Part shown: positions 9,347 through 19,357 of the stretch, piece by piece | Layout: every line of letters starts with the position of its first letter | How positions within the stretch are numbered: the stretch's first letter is position 1 | Assembly (NCBI RefSeq): GCF_051954575.1 | Contig: NZ_JBQCHP010000065.1 | Location: forward strand, 16,952 to 80,951 | Source: Dyella sp. | Lineage (GTDB): Bacteria; Pseudomonadota; Gammaproteobacteria; Xanthomonadales; Rhodanobacteraceae | Reading direction: 5' to 3' | Length of the DNA stretch: 64,000 nucleotides | Position numbers and translations under genes: made by a program | The notes under the pieces: model-generated | Told to the model about the DNA's origin: nothing | Database searches by the model: none | The model's input: the letters and a program-made list of their open reading frames with translations, nothing else

Positions 9347-10255
9347 TCATGCACCCAGATACTTCCGCATAAACAACGTCGCCTGCGGATTATCGTTGTA
9401 ACGCGCGCACCGCTCGTAGCCGCGCTTTTCGTAAATCGCAATCGCTGCTTTCAGGTCGTCGTAACTATCGAGATAAATCCACTCGACGCCCTGGCTGCCC
9501 GCATATGCTTCCTGCGCATCGAGCAGCAGATCGGCGATGCGGTTGCCGCGTGCGGACGGCTTTACATAGAGACGCTTGCACTCGCTGGCGCGCGGTATGG
9601 ATTTCAGCTTGCGCAGTGCCACGCAACCCACAGCTTCATCGCCGAGGTAGGCCAGCCACAGACCGGAAGCAGGCGCATCGATAAGTTTCTGCACGCTTCC
9701 GGGCGAATCACGCTGCACGACGTGCACCGCTTCGTAATATTCGCGCAGCAAGGCAAGCGCATCGTCGTTGACCTCGTCGAGGCGCACGACGCGCACCGGT
9801 TTCGGCCGGTCTTCGAGCAAGTTGCGGATCGTCGCCAGCGAGGTCAGCAGCGCAGTCCGATCGGTGGCGTTGAGTTTCGCAAGCAGTTGCTGGATCTGCG
9901 CCGAGGATTGCTGGTTCAAGCGCGCCACCGCTTTTTCGCCCGTAGCGGTAAGCATCAGCGGTTTTTCCCGCGCATCGGTCTTCGAAGCCACCCGACGAAG
10001 CAACTTGCGTTTGATCAATCCGGCCAGCAAGCGGCTGAGATAGCCCGCATCGAGCTCCAGCGTCTCCTGCAACGACGATGCGGTGAGCTTCGGGTTGGCG
10101 CTCACCTCATACAGGATGCGCGCCTCGGTCAGGGCAAATTCGCCATCGAGATGCTTGCGGCGCAGCAGGCCCAGCCTGGCGGTGTAAAAGCGGTTGAACT
10201 CGCGCACCGCGGAAACCTGCTGTGCGATCTGCGGTTGGATGCTGTGGGTGTCCAT
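9347..10255 (-). CDS. MarR-type HTH fused to GNAT acetyltransferase
   Basis: VREFNRFYT..G.L N-terminus; C-terminal E-KRLYV-P-ARG GNAT motif A. Confidence 0.9.
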   Translation of the reverse strand: MDTHSIQPQIAQQVSAVREFNRFYTARLGLLRRKHLDGEFALTEARILYEVSANPKLTASSLQETLELDAGYLSRLLAGLIKRKLLRRVASKTDAREKPLMLTATGEKAVARLNQQSSAQIQQLLAKLNATDRTALLTSLATIRNLLEDRPKPVRVVRLDEVNDDALALLREYYEAVHVVQRDSPGSVQKLIDAPASGLWLAYLGDEAVGCVALRKLKSIPRASECKRLYVKPSARGNRIADLLLDAQEAYAGSQGVEWIYLDSYDDLKAAIAIYEKRGYERCARYNDNPQATLFMRKYLGA

Positions 10256-10354
10256 GCAGTGCAGTCTAGATCCACATAGTTGCTTTTAGCAACTAATGTG
10301 TCGGGGCGGCTGCGGGCGGAAGCAAAGCCCCGCGAGCATTGAAAACCGATGCCT

Positions 10355-11089
10355 TCAGGCCTTGGCGCGGAACGTCACCACCAGCACATCCCGGTGCGCC
10401 GGCTGGCCCGGTACCAGCGGCGTCACCGGCGTTACGCCATGGAACACGCGCGGGTCATGGATCAGCGCCGCATCGAATGCGTGCGTCAAGGTGAAATCGC
10501 CCAGCAGTTGTCCGTCCGGCGTGTGGATGGTGGTGGTACCGCTGGCGATGTTTTGGCGGTCGATCAAGAGCACCAGCACGAAATCCACGCCATCGCGATG
10601 ACTGCCTTCGGGCGTGGGTTCGCCGGCCGCGTCGGAACTCGCTTCGATGCGAAACTGATGCACTTCCACGTGCCAGCGCGCGACAGCGGGCGCCAGCGAG
10701 CTGAAGAAGCCGTTGCAGAAGCCGAGCACGGCGCGCAGGCTGGCGCCGTTCGCCACCTGGGTCTCGATGGGCTCGAACCAGCGCTCGATATCGCCTTGCA
10801 GCCGGTTGTATTGCAGCGCCTGGTAATGCGGCTGGTGCGCCATGAGTTCGATGCCGGCATGCGGTGTAGCGGTGTAGCTAGCATGGCGGCGCCGGCGCAA
10901 GCGCCCGGTGGCGGCAAGATACGGATCGGGACCCAAGTGGTTCCAGCTTTCGACAAACGCATCCCAGTCGGACAGCTCACCCGACGATTGCAGCAATGGC
11001 CGCATGACATCGGCGATGACGAAGGAGAAGCCGTCGCGCGTGAGGGCGTCGAACAGTGCGGGAACGGGCGAAGCGATGCGATTTTGCAT
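10355..11089 (-). CDS. 2OG-Fe(II) dioxygenase family protein
   Basis: PTPEG-HRDG (HxD), distal H in VFHGVTP, RDVLVVT. Confidence 0.88.
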   Translation of the reverse strand: MQNRIASPVPALFDALTRDGFSFVIADVMRPLLQSSGELSDWDAFVESWNHLGPDPYLAATGRLRRRRHASYTATPHAGIELMAHQPHYQALQYNRLQGDIERWFEPIETQVANGASLRAVLGFCNGFFSSLAPAVARWHVEVHQFRIEASSDAAGEPTPEGSHRDGVDFVLVLLIDRQNIASGTTTIHTPDGQLLGDFTLTHAFDAALIHDPRVFHGVTPVTPLVPGQPAHRDVLVVTFRAKA

Positions 11090-11230
11090 GGCGCATTATA
11101 GCGCCGGCCATTCGACAGCTCGCCGGCTGGAATGGAGCTCAGCCGGCGAGTGGACTACTGCATGCCGAGCACGTCGATCTTGGCCAGCCCTTGTGCCTTG
11201 GCCGATAGACAGCCTGGGCGGAGATGCCCC

Positions 11231-11307
11231 GTAGGTTGGGTTAGCGCAGCGTAACCCCACGTCTTCAAAGCGATATCGTTGGGTTACGCTGCGCTAACCC
11301 AACCTAC
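11231..11307. repeat. GTAG REP doublet, family A
   Basis: Same arms as 6781-6856. Confidence 0.9.
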
Positions 11308-11331
11308 ATGGACATTCCGGCGAACACCGCC

Positions 11332-12444
11332 TCAAGGGCTGAAGATCAACACCACGAACACCGCAAACAGCGATAGATGCACCGCGCCATCGAGCATGGT
11401 GGTGCGCGAGCTGGAGAAGGTCATGCCGCCGAGGATCAGCGTGGCGACTAGCATCACCATACTCGATGGCGGCAGACCGAGTAGCACGGATCGCCCGGTG
11501 TAAAGGCTGATGGCCAGCACCGCCGGTACCGTCAAACCCAGCGTGGAGGCCACCGAGCCCAGGCAAAGATTGATGGCGCGCGTCAGTCGATCGGTGCGCG
11601 CCGCGTTCAGGGCGGAAATGCCTTCCGGCGCGAACACCAGCATGGCGATCACCACGCCGCCGAGCGCCTTGGGCGCACCAGTGGTTTCGATGCCGTGGTC
11701 GAGCAGTTTCGCCAGGCTCTTGGAAAGAATGATGATCGGCAGGATATGGACCAGCAGCAGCGCGAAGTGCCGCAGTAGCAGCTTCTTGTCGATCGCCACC
11801 TCGGCGCGATGCGTTTCCTTCGGCTCCGCCGGCTGTGCGTCGGGCGCGACGAAATGGCCGCGATGCCTTCCGGTCTGCAGCCACAGGAAAATGCCGTACA
11901 AGGCGATGGTGAGCAGCGAGAACGCGATCGCCTGCGGCGGCGCCAGCGAACCGTCAGGCGTGGAGGTGGTGAAGTTCGGCAGCACCAGCGCAATGATGGT
12001 CAGCGGGATGATTACCGACAGATACGCCGACGCGCCCTTGAGGTTGTACGTCTGCTCGTAGTGCCGGAGGCCGCCCATCAGCAGGCCCAGCCCCACCACG
12101 CCGTTGAGCACGATCATGAACACCGCATACATGGTGTCGCGCGCGAGTGTGGCATTGCCGGTCGAACCGAGCATGGCAGCCGAGATCAGCGCCACCTCGA
12201 TCACCACGATGGAAAGCGTGAGCACCAGCGTACCCAGCGGTTCGCCCAGCATGTCCGCCAGCGTTTCCGCTTCGTGCACCACGCCGAAGGCGACCCACAC
12301 GATCATCAGGAACAGCCACGCGAACAGCACGAGCATCAGTGCGGGATGGGCGTAGCCATCGATCCATTGCGCGCCGAACAGCAGGAACAGTGTAACGGTG
12401 AGCCAGCCGGCCCATGGGCGCACTGTCGTCAGGGTTTTATGCAT
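11332..12444 (-). CDS. chaA: Ca2+:H+ antiporter (ChaA-like)
   Basis: GEPLGTLVLTLSIVVIEV alpha-1 and PEGISA..A alpha-2 repeats; multiple TM helices. Confidence 0.85.
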   Translation of the reverse strand: MHKTLTTVRPWAGWLTVTLFLLFGAQWIDGYAHPALMLVLFAWLFLMIVWVAFGVVHEAETLADMLGEPLGTLVLTLSIVVIEVALISAAMLGSTGNATLARDTMYAVFMIVLNGVVGLGLLMGGLRHYEQTYNLKGASAYLSVIIPLTIIALVLPNFTTSTPDGSLAPPQAIAFSLLTIALYGIFLWLQTGRHRGHFVAPDAQPAEPKETHRAEVAIDKKLLLRHFALLLVHILPIIILSKSLAKLLDHGIETTGAPKALGGVVIAMLVFAPEGISALNAARTDRLTRAINLCLGSVASTLGLTVPAVLAISLYTGRSVLLGLPPSSMVMLVATLILGGMTFSSSRTTMLDGAVHLSLFAVFVVLIFSP

Positions 12445-12781
12445 GCGTTGCCTCGATCGGATCTTCCGTGCCGATCTGGATATTACCCAACGATGGCCGC
12501 TACGGACGTTTTCGTTAGTTCGATCTGTCCCCGTTTTTTGCAGCCCGCCGCACCGATTCTTCCATCACGGTTTTTACACCGCGGCGGGAGCTAGGCTTGC
12601 CGAGGCAACATCCAGGAAGGCTTGTTCCGGAGGGATATCAAAGGGAACGAGCGGCTATTCGATTTCGATCCACGCAAAACCGCTGCATGACGCGACGTTG
12701 GGCGTGCCACGGTCTGGAATCACGCGGGCTGCATCTTCAATACATCGACCGCATCACGCATCGCCGCAGGGAGGCTACACG

Positions 12782-13561
12782 ATGCCACGATCGCCACGGT
12801 TCGACCTTGCCCATGTGCCGCAGCACATCATCCAACGCGGACATGACGGCGAGGAATGTTTTCGCCTACCGGCCGACTGCCGCTGCTATCTAGCGCAATT
12901 GCTGCATGCCAGCCGGCGCTGGGAATGCAGCGTGCATGCGTACGTGTTGATGCGCAATCACGTGCACCTGCTGGTGACGCCCTCGCGCGTGGGTGCGCTG
13001 GCCGGCATGATGCAAGCGATCGGTCGCAATTACGTCAGCTACTTCAACACCATGTACCGGCGTTCTGGCACGTTGTGGGAAGGGCGCTACAAATCCTGCC
13101 TGATCGGCACCGAATACGTGCTCACCTGCCAGCGCTACATCGAGTCCAATCCGGTGCGCAGCGGTTGGATGCCGAGGCCGTTGTCGTATCCGTGGTCGAG
13201 CTACGGCAGCAATGCGCTGGGCGCGTCCGATCCGGTGGTGGTGCCGCATGCGCAGTATCTGGCTCTGGGGCAGTCGTCGGAGCAGCGCGCGCAGGCGTAT
13301 CGCTGCTTGTTCGAGCTGGATATCGATCCTGTGATGCTGCGGGACATCCGCGCCTATGTGCAGCAACAACGTGCGCTGGGTTCGCCGGTGTTTCAGAGCT
13401 GGGTGGAGGCGACCTTCGGCCGGCATGCCAAGGTGCGGCCGGCGCATCGGCCGCGGCGGCAGGTGGAGGTGATGGAGCAGAGCGTGCCGGATATGGACGC
13501 TTGCAGAACCTATCCAAGTGAGTCCCTCTCCCTGCGGGAGAGGGTGCCGAGAGGCGGGTGA
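12782..13561 (+). mobile_element. Y1 HUH transposase of RAYT/IS200-like type (QRG...YIExNPVR clade)
   Basis: HIIQRG, AYVLMRNHVHLL (HUH), LWEGRYKS, YIESNPVR (catalytic Tyr); GGGAGG RBS before ATG 12782. Confidence 0.88.
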
Positions 13562-13650
13562 GGGTCCGAGCGAAGCACGATGCCAACGTCTGGCGCAAGG
13601 TGTGTTCATCGTCCCTGATCGTACCCTCATCCACCCCACCAAAGGGGGCC
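13524..13650. repeat. CCCTCTCC-type palindromic element, right half truncated
   Basis: CCCTCTCCCTGCGGGAGAGGGTGCCGAGAGGCGGGTGAGGG ... CCCTCATCC; supplies the transposase stop codon. Confidence 0.7.
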
Positions 13651-13691
13651 GCCGAATCGCAGCTGAGGATGGCAAACAAAACTACGAAACC

Positions 13692-14054
13692 TCACTGCTC
13701 CAGCCGCGCCTTCAGCCGCAACAATGCCTGATCCCATTGCTGCGCAATCGCATCCAGCGAACGCCGTGCTTCCTCCAGTCGCGACGGTTCGAATTCCCAC
13801 AGGCGTTCGCGCCCCTGTCGAACATCGCGCACCAATCCCGCCTCGGCCAGTACATGCAGATGCTTGGTCACGGCCTGCCGCGTGATGTCGGTGCCGGCGG
13901 TAAGCTGCGCGATGGAAAGCGCGCCGCCGGCGCAGAGCAGGGCGACCAGGCTCAGGCGCGTTTCATCGCCCAGTGCTGCGAACACAGGCACCGCTTTGCG
14001 CAGCAAGGGATCTTGGGTGCCGGCGTGGCAGGCCGGGCTAGTGCGTGGCGACAT
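13692..14054 (-). CDS. ArsR/SmtB family transcriptional regulator
   Basis: VFAALGDETRL, TRQAVTKHL-VL-EAGLV. Confidence 0.92.
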   Translation of the reverse strand: MSPRTSPACHAGTQDPLLRKAVPVFAALGDETRLSLVALLCAGGALSIAQLTAGTDITRQAVTKHLHVLAEAGLVRDVRQGRERLWEFEPSRLEEARRSLDAIAQQWDQALLRLKARLEQ

Positions 14055-14499
14055 AACTGTCGATGTTCTTCATCTGCTCGTCCCAGCCGCCGCTGTTCAT
14101 GCGGAAGGCTTCGGCGCGGCGATGCGCGGGAATCGCGTCGAAACCCGATTCCACCAGGCGCAGCAAGGTGCCCTCGGCGGTTTCTTCCAGCTCGAACGTC
14201 ACCAGCGTGGTGGGTTCGTTGGAATAATCCACCTTGGGGTCCACCGCGTAGGGATGCCAGCGGAACGAAAGCAGGCGTTCGGGCTCGACGCGCTCCACCA
14301 CCACGCTCCACGTAAGGTGTTCGTAGCCCGGATAGGTGATGTTGCCCGCGCAGGGTTCGCCGGTGACGAAGCGCTTGCCTTGCAGCGCGACGCCGAACCA
14401 CTCGCCGAAGGATTCGGCATCTGCCAGCGCTTGCCACACTTTCGTGCGCGGGGCCTTGATGTGGATGTGACGCTCGATACGGTCAGTCGATGTATTCAT
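14038..14499 (-). CDS. SRPBCC/AHSA1-like protein
   Basis: IER-I-IKAP-x-KVWQAL, LSFRWHP, T-L-LVESGF, NSGGW; coupled to the ArsR gene. Confidence 0.9.
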   Translation of the reverse strand: MNTSTDRIERHIHIKAPRTKVWQALADAESFGEWFGVALQGKRFVTGEPCAGNITYPGYEHLTWSVVVERVEPERLLSFRWHPYAVDPKVDYSNEPTTLVTFELEETAEGTLLRLVESGFDAIPAHRRAEAFRMNSGGWDEQMKNIDSYVATH

Positions 14500-14669
14500 G
14501 GGCAACCTCCTGGTTGCATATTAGTCGCGCTGGTGGAGTCATGCAACCGTTTGGTTGCATTTTCGCGGAAGGCTATGCTCGCGCAGGCAGATGTCCGATG
14601 GACGGTGGCCCGCGCGTCATCGATATGGGCGGCGCATCCTGCCCGCCTCGACCTTACGGAGAATTCCCT

Positions 14670-15062
14670 ATGCAATACCTATTGATGCTCTTTGCCGACG
14701 AAACCGCCTGGCACCGCATGTCCAGTGCCGAACAGCAACGCGGCGTGGCCGCCTACCAGGCGTACACCGAAGCTTTGAAAGAAGCTGGCGCCTGGGTGGG
14801 CTCCAACCGGCTGCAGAACACCAACACGGCCACCACTGTGCGCGTGGCCGACGGCAAGTCGCAGGTGCTCGATGGCCCGTATGCCGATTCCAAGGAACAG
14901 CTCGCCGGCTATTACTTGATCGAGGCCGCCGATCTCGACGCTGCGCTCAGCTGGGCCGCACGCTGTCCTGGCGCCAGCCACGGCACCATCGAGGTGCGTC
15001 CGGTATGGCCCACCTACGGTGCGACATCCGGCAGTCCGGCGGCGGCCGCGACCGCCGCGTGA
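14670..15062 (+). CDS. YciI family protein
   Basis: MQYLLML, VLDGPYADSKEQLAGYYLIEA, IEVRPV. Confidence 0.92.
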   Translation: MQYLLMLFADETAWHRMSSAEQQRGVAAYQAYTEALKEAGAWVGSNRLQNTNTATTVRVADGKSQVLDGPYADSKEQLAGYYLIEAADLDAALSWAARCPGASHGTIEVRPVWPTYGATSGSPAAAATAA

Positions 15063-16330
15063 ACCGCCAGGCTTCCGCCCGCGACATCGCCAGCGCGGTG
15101 GCGCGCCGCAGCTACGGCAAGCTGCTGGCCTATCTCGCCGCCGACATGCACGACGTGTCGGCGGCGGAGGACGCCCTGGCCGAAGCCTTCGCCGCCGCAC
15201 TGGCGGATTGGCCGGCGCATGGATGCCCGGACAATCCGGAGTCGTGGCTGATGACGGTCGCGCGCCGCAAAGGCATCGACGGCGTGCGTCGGCGCCGCAG
15301 CGGCGAGGCTGCCGCGGTGCAACTGGAGACGATCGCGCAGATGCAGGCCGAATGCGTCGAGGCGGATGATGCGGAGTCTTTTCCCGATCGGCGCCTCGGC
15401 TTGCTGTTTGCCTGCGCGCATCCGGCCATCGACGCGGGCATACGCGCGCCGCTGATGCTGCAGACGGTGCTGGGCCTGGACGCGAAGGTCATCGCTTCGG
15501 CTTTTCTGGTTTCGCCCGAGGCGATGTGCAAGCGGCTGGGCCGCGCCAAGCAGAAAATCCGCGAAGCGCGCATTCCCTTCGCCATCCCCGAGCGCGAGGC
15601 CTGGCGCGAACGCCTGGATGGCGTGCTCGCCGCCGTTTACGCCGCCTACGCCGAAGGCTGGAGCGATCCGGACGACGCCGACCTGCTGCACCGCGATCTG
15701 GTCGAGGAAGCGATTTTTCTTGCCCGCCTGCTGGTGGAATTGCTGTCGCAAGAGCCGGAAACCCTCGGCCTGCTCGCCGGCATGCTGTACGCCGAAGCGC
15801 GCCGGCGCGCGCGACGCAATGCGCAGGGCGAATACGTGCCGTTCGACGAACAGGACATGCTCCTGTGGGACGCGCGCATGATCGAGGAAGCCGAAGCGCT
15901 GCTGCTGCGCGCCGGCGCTTTGGGACGTATAGGCCGCTATCAGCTCGAAGCTGCGCTGCAGTCGGCGCATGTCGAGCGGCGGCGTTCCTATCGCAGCGAT
16001 TGGACGCCGGAAATGCAGCTTTATGATGCCTTGTATGCGTTGACCCGCTCACCCGTGGTTGCGCTCAACCGTGCGCTGGCGATCGCGGAAGTGCAGGGCG
16101 CCGAGGCGGCGATCAACGTGATCCGCGAATTGGCCGCCGACAAACGTCTTGCCGAGTATCAACCGTACTGGGCTGCACGCGCGGCGTTGTTTGCGCGCGT
16201 GGGCGATGATCGCGAGGCGATGCACGCCTACGAGATGGCGATCGGCCTGGCGCGCGATCCGGCGGTGCGCCGGTTTTTGCAGCGACGGCAGGAAGAAACC
16301 GGCGCGAGAAGCTCCCGTAGGTTGGGTTAG
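15059..16330 (+). CDS. ECF sigma-70 factor with C-terminal extension (YciI-associated type)
   Basis: GTG overlaps the yciI stop; AEDALAEAF, PE-WL-T-ARRK, FACAHPAI, GRYQL-AA, SPVVALNRA. Confidence 0.9.
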   Translation: MNRQASARDIASAVARRSYGKLLAYLAADMHDVSAAEDALAEAFAAALADWPAHGCPDNPESWLMTVARRKGIDGVRRRRSGEAAAVQLETIAQMQAECVEADDAESFPDRRLGLLFACAHPAIDAGIRAPLMLQTVLGLDAKVIASAFLVSPEAMCKRLGRAKQKIREARIPFAIPEREAWRERLDGVLAAVYAAYAEGWSDPDDADLLHRDLVEEAIFLARLLVELLSQEPETLGLLAGMLYAEARRRARRNAQGEYVPFDEQDMLLWDARMIEEAEALLLRAGALGRIGRYQLEAALQSAHVERRRSYRSDWTPEMQLYDALYALTRSPVVALNRALAIAEVQGAEAAINVIRELAADKRLAEYQPYWAARAALFARVGDDREAMHAYEMAIGLARDPAVRRFLQRRQEETGARSSRRLG

Positions 16331-16389
16331 CGCAGCGTAACCCAACAATGTCGCTTCGAGGACGTTGGGATTAGCCCCGGATCAAGTCC
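16317..16389. repeat. GTAG REP family A plus truncated chimeric partner
   Basis: 16317-16346 full REP; 16364-16389 GTTGGGATTAGCCCCGGATCAAGTCC. Confidence 0.75.
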
Positions 16390-16448
16390 ACGCGAAGCCC
16401 CAGCATCTGGCAGAATCCGGGACTCCCGCACCCCTCGGAAGCCTGTGC

Positions 16449-17711
16449 ATGCGTGATGCAGTCACCACCCCGGTCAATTCGCCCGGCCGGGTTTTGTTCG
16501 CCAGCCTGATCGGCACCACCATCGAATTCTTCGATTTCTACATCTACGCCACCGCGGCTGTGCTGGTGTTCCCCAAGCTGTTCTTTCCGGCGGGCGATCC
16601 TGCCACAGCGACGCTGCAATCGTTCGCCACCTTCGCGCTGGCGTTTATCGCGCGACCGATCGGTTCGGCGCTGTTCGGGCACTTCGGTGACCGCATCGGC
16701 CGCAAGGCGACGTTGGTGGCGGCCTTGCTCACCATGGGCATTTCCACGGTGGTGATCGGCGTGCTTCCCACCTACGCGCAGATCGGCCTGGTCGCGCCGG
16801 CGCTGCTGGCGCTTTGCCGCTTGGGTCAGGGGCTTGGGCTTGGCGGCGAATGGGGCGGCGCGGTGTTGCTGGCGATCGAAAACGCACCGCCGGGCAAGCG
16901 CGCGTGGTACGGCATGTTTCCGCAGCTTGGGGCGCCGCTCGGCTTTCTCGTCGCGACCGGCTTGTTCCTGTTCCTTACTGAAAAAATGGGCGATGCCGCG
17001 TTCTATGCCTGGGGCTGGCGCGTGCCGTTCCTGGCCAGCTCGGCGCTGGTGCTGATGGGCTTGTGGATGCGACTGCGGCTCAACGAGACCCCTGCGTTCG
17101 CACGCGCGATGGCGCAGCACGAGCGAGTGAAGGTACCGATGTTCGATGTGTTCTCGCGTCATCCGCGCGCATTGATCTGCGGCACGTTCGCCGCGCTCGC
17201 CACCTTCGTCATCTTCTACCTGATGACGGTGTTCGCGTTGAGCTGGGCTACCTCCAGGCTGGGTTATTCGCGCGAATCGTTCTTGATCGTGCAGATGGTG
17301 GGCGTGCTGTTCTTCGCCCTGTTCATTCCGGCGTCGGCCTGGCTGGCCGATCGCCGCGGCGGGCGCTTCACCATGCTGCTGGCGACCGTGCTGATTTTTG
17401 CGTTTGGTATCGCGTATGCGCCGCTGCTCGCGCATAGCGGCATGTTGTTCATGGTGGTGGGCATGTGCGTGGTCGGTATTACGTACGGGCCGCTGGGCAC
17501 GGTGCTGGCGCAGATCTTTCCCACCGCCGTGCGCTACACGGGCGCGTCGCTGGCGTTCAACCTGGCCGGCATCTTCGGTGCGTCGTTGGCGCCATACCTG
17601 GCGACGTGGCTGGCCAAAACGTATGGATTGGCGTACGTGGGTTATTACCTTTCCGCCGCTGCGGTGTTGACGTTGCTGGCGCTGCTGGCGAAACCGCGCG
17701 AAGCGATGTGA
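16449..17711 (+). CDS. MFS metabolite:H+ symporter (MHS family)
   Basis: GTTIEFFDFYIY, RPIG..FGH-GDRIGRK, GGEWGGA. Confidence 0.93.
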   Translation: MRDAVTTPVNSPGRVLFASLIGTTIEFFDFYIYATAAVLVFPKLFFPAGDPATATLQSFATFALAFIARPIGSALFGHFGDRIGRKATLVAALLTMGISTVVIGVLPTYAQIGLVAPALLALCRLGQGLGLGGEWGGAVLLAIENAPPGKRAWYGMFPQLGAPLGFLVATGLFLFLTEKMGDAAFYAWGWRVPFLASSALVLMGLWMRLRLNETPAFARAMAQHERVKVPMFDVFSRHPRALICGTFAALATFVIFYLMTVFALSWATSRLGYSRESFLIVQMVGVLFFALFIPASAWLADRRGGRFTMLLATVLIFAFGIAYAPLLAHSGMLFMVVGMCVVGITYGPLGTVLAQIFPTAVRYTGASLAFNLAGIFGASLAPYLATWLAKTYGLAYVGYYLSAAAVLTLLALLAKPREAM

Positions 17712-17728
17712 TCAACCAGCCGTCGCCT

Positions 17729-17760
17729 AAAAAAGCCCTGGCAATGGCCAGGGCTTTTTT
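17729..17760. terminator. bidirectional intrinsic terminator
   Basis: A6-GCCCTGGC-AATG-GCCAGGGC-T6 between convergent genes. Confidence 0.85.
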
Positions 17761-17771
17761 GTTGCGGCATC

Positions 17772-19007
17772 TCAACCACCACCCGGAGGATGCTGTTCCT
17801 CGGGCTTCCTGCGATTTTCCTGCGGCGGTGCCGGATGCGGTCTTTCGACAGGGTGCTCGGCCGGCGCAGGGCGCGGCGCCATCGGATGGGCCTCCTGCGG
17901 AGGCGGCGCGCTGCGGAAAGCTGGCTCATGCGGCGCGGCAGGATGTTCCTGCTGCGGCATCATTTCGCGCGGGGCAGGTTCCTCGCGAGGACGCGGTGCC
18001 GGTTCTTCGCGCGGCACAGGCGCAGCTTCGGGATGCGGCCTATGCGGTGCGACGTTTTCCGGCGCGTTTTCGGATCGGTTGAACGGATGGTTCGCCGGTT
18101 CGCGCGCGGGCGTCTCGTTCGGGTTCGCATTCGGATGCGGTGCGAAACCGGATGAACGCAAAGGCTGATGTTCGGGCTGACGCTCAGCCGGTTGCGGATG
18201 CCCGCCAGGTCCAGGACGCGGGCCTTCGCCGACCGCCGGTGCGCCACGGGCGTGGACTACCGCCGCGCCGGTAAACGCCGCAGGCCGTGTGGTGGCAGCG
18301 ATCGGCGGTGCGCCATGGTTGTTCGTCACACGCAACTCCGGGTTCTGTCGCGCCATAGCCAGGTGTTGCTGTTGCGCGGCCACCGGCGGCGTGTGATGCG
18401 CATGCGCGAAAGCCACCTGCTGCGGTGTCGGCTGCGCACGCAAGCCACCGTTGCCGCCGTTGTAGCTGACGCGGTTCTCGGTGACATTGTTGATGACGGT
18501 CTTGTTGTACACATTGGTGATATGCACGTTGCTGATGTTGTTCACTGTGCGGTTGTAATAGAAACCGCCATGATCCCACCGACCGCCTTCGTAACCTTCG
18601 CCGGTGTAGCCGTAGCCGTAGTTGATGCCGCCGTAGAAGCCGACCTCGGTACCCCAGTAGCCTTCGTGGAATCCGTAGACGCCGTCGTTCCAACCCCAAT
18701 AAGGCGGCGTCCACAGCGCGCCGGTGAAGGGCGCTTCCACCCAGGTGCCCGGTACCCAGTAATACTCCGAGCCATCCCATGCCCAATAACCCGGCACCCA
18801 GATATAGCCGGGCGCGGGAATCGGCGGCTGGTCATATACCGGCAATGGTGGTGGCGGCGAGCCGACCGTGATGGATACGCCGACGGAAACCTGCGCTTGC
18901 GCCGGCACCGCGGTGAATGCGGACGCCGCAGCGAACAGCACGCCTACGCCAAGCGCCCATGCGCTGCAGCGCGTTACGGCCTTTCGCAAAAAATCGTGGC
19001 ATTTCAT
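17772..19007 (-). CDS. YXWGXW (WxxGxW) repeat protein, exported, with Pro/His/Glu-rich tail
   Basis: YIWVPGYWAW, YYWVPGTW, LWTPPYWGW; signal peptide; GAGGG RBS. Confidence 0.85.
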   Translation of the reverse strand: MKCHDFLRKAVTRCSAWALGVGVLFAAASAFTAVPAQAQVSVGVSITVGSPPPPLPVYDQPPIPAPGYIWVPGYWAWDGSEYYWVPGTWVEAPFTGALWTPPYWGWNDGVYGFHEGYWGTEVGFYGGINYGYGYTGEGYEGGRWDHGGFYYNRTVNNISNVHITNVYNKTVINNVTENRVSYNGGNGGLRAQPTPQQVAFAHAHHTPPVAAQQQHLAMARQNPELRVTNNHGAPPIAATTRPAAFTGAAVVHARGAPAVGEGPRPGPGGHPQPAERQPEHQPLRSSGFAPHPNANPNETPAREPANHPFNRSENAPENVAPHRPHPEAAPVPREEPAPRPREEPAPREMMPQQEHPAAPHEPAFRSAPPPQEAHPMAPRPAPAEHPVERPHPAPPQENRRKPEEQHPPGGG

Positions 19008-19357
19008 GAAGAGTTCCCTCGCCTGACAAACGTCGTGCAAGGACCGTAACGCATGCCGTGCGATGAAACACACCGCGCAGCGTTGGCTGTTTTCGTTCAA
19101 TTAATGCGCGTAGCCACCGCTCGCCCTGGCGTTGACACGCAAACACTTGTAGGGCCTGCGCAATCGACAAAATAAATATCGAATGAAGGGCCGAAACAGC
19201 GACGACGTCGTTTTCGCGAAGCTTACGGAGAACGGAAACGCGGCGTGAAAACGATCTGGTCTGGACGTACACACATGTGCTTTGCGCAATAAGCGGAGTG
19301 TCGCAAATGCGTGCGTCGGGTAACGTGGTTTTTTTTGAGACAGCTTGGGAGATCACG

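Noticed and set aside
19281-19307. TTTGCG-N15-CGCAAA as an Ada box for the 2OG oxygenase
   Set aside because: It does not fit AAT-N6-GCAA spacing, and a 6 bp inverted repeat is too short to support alone.
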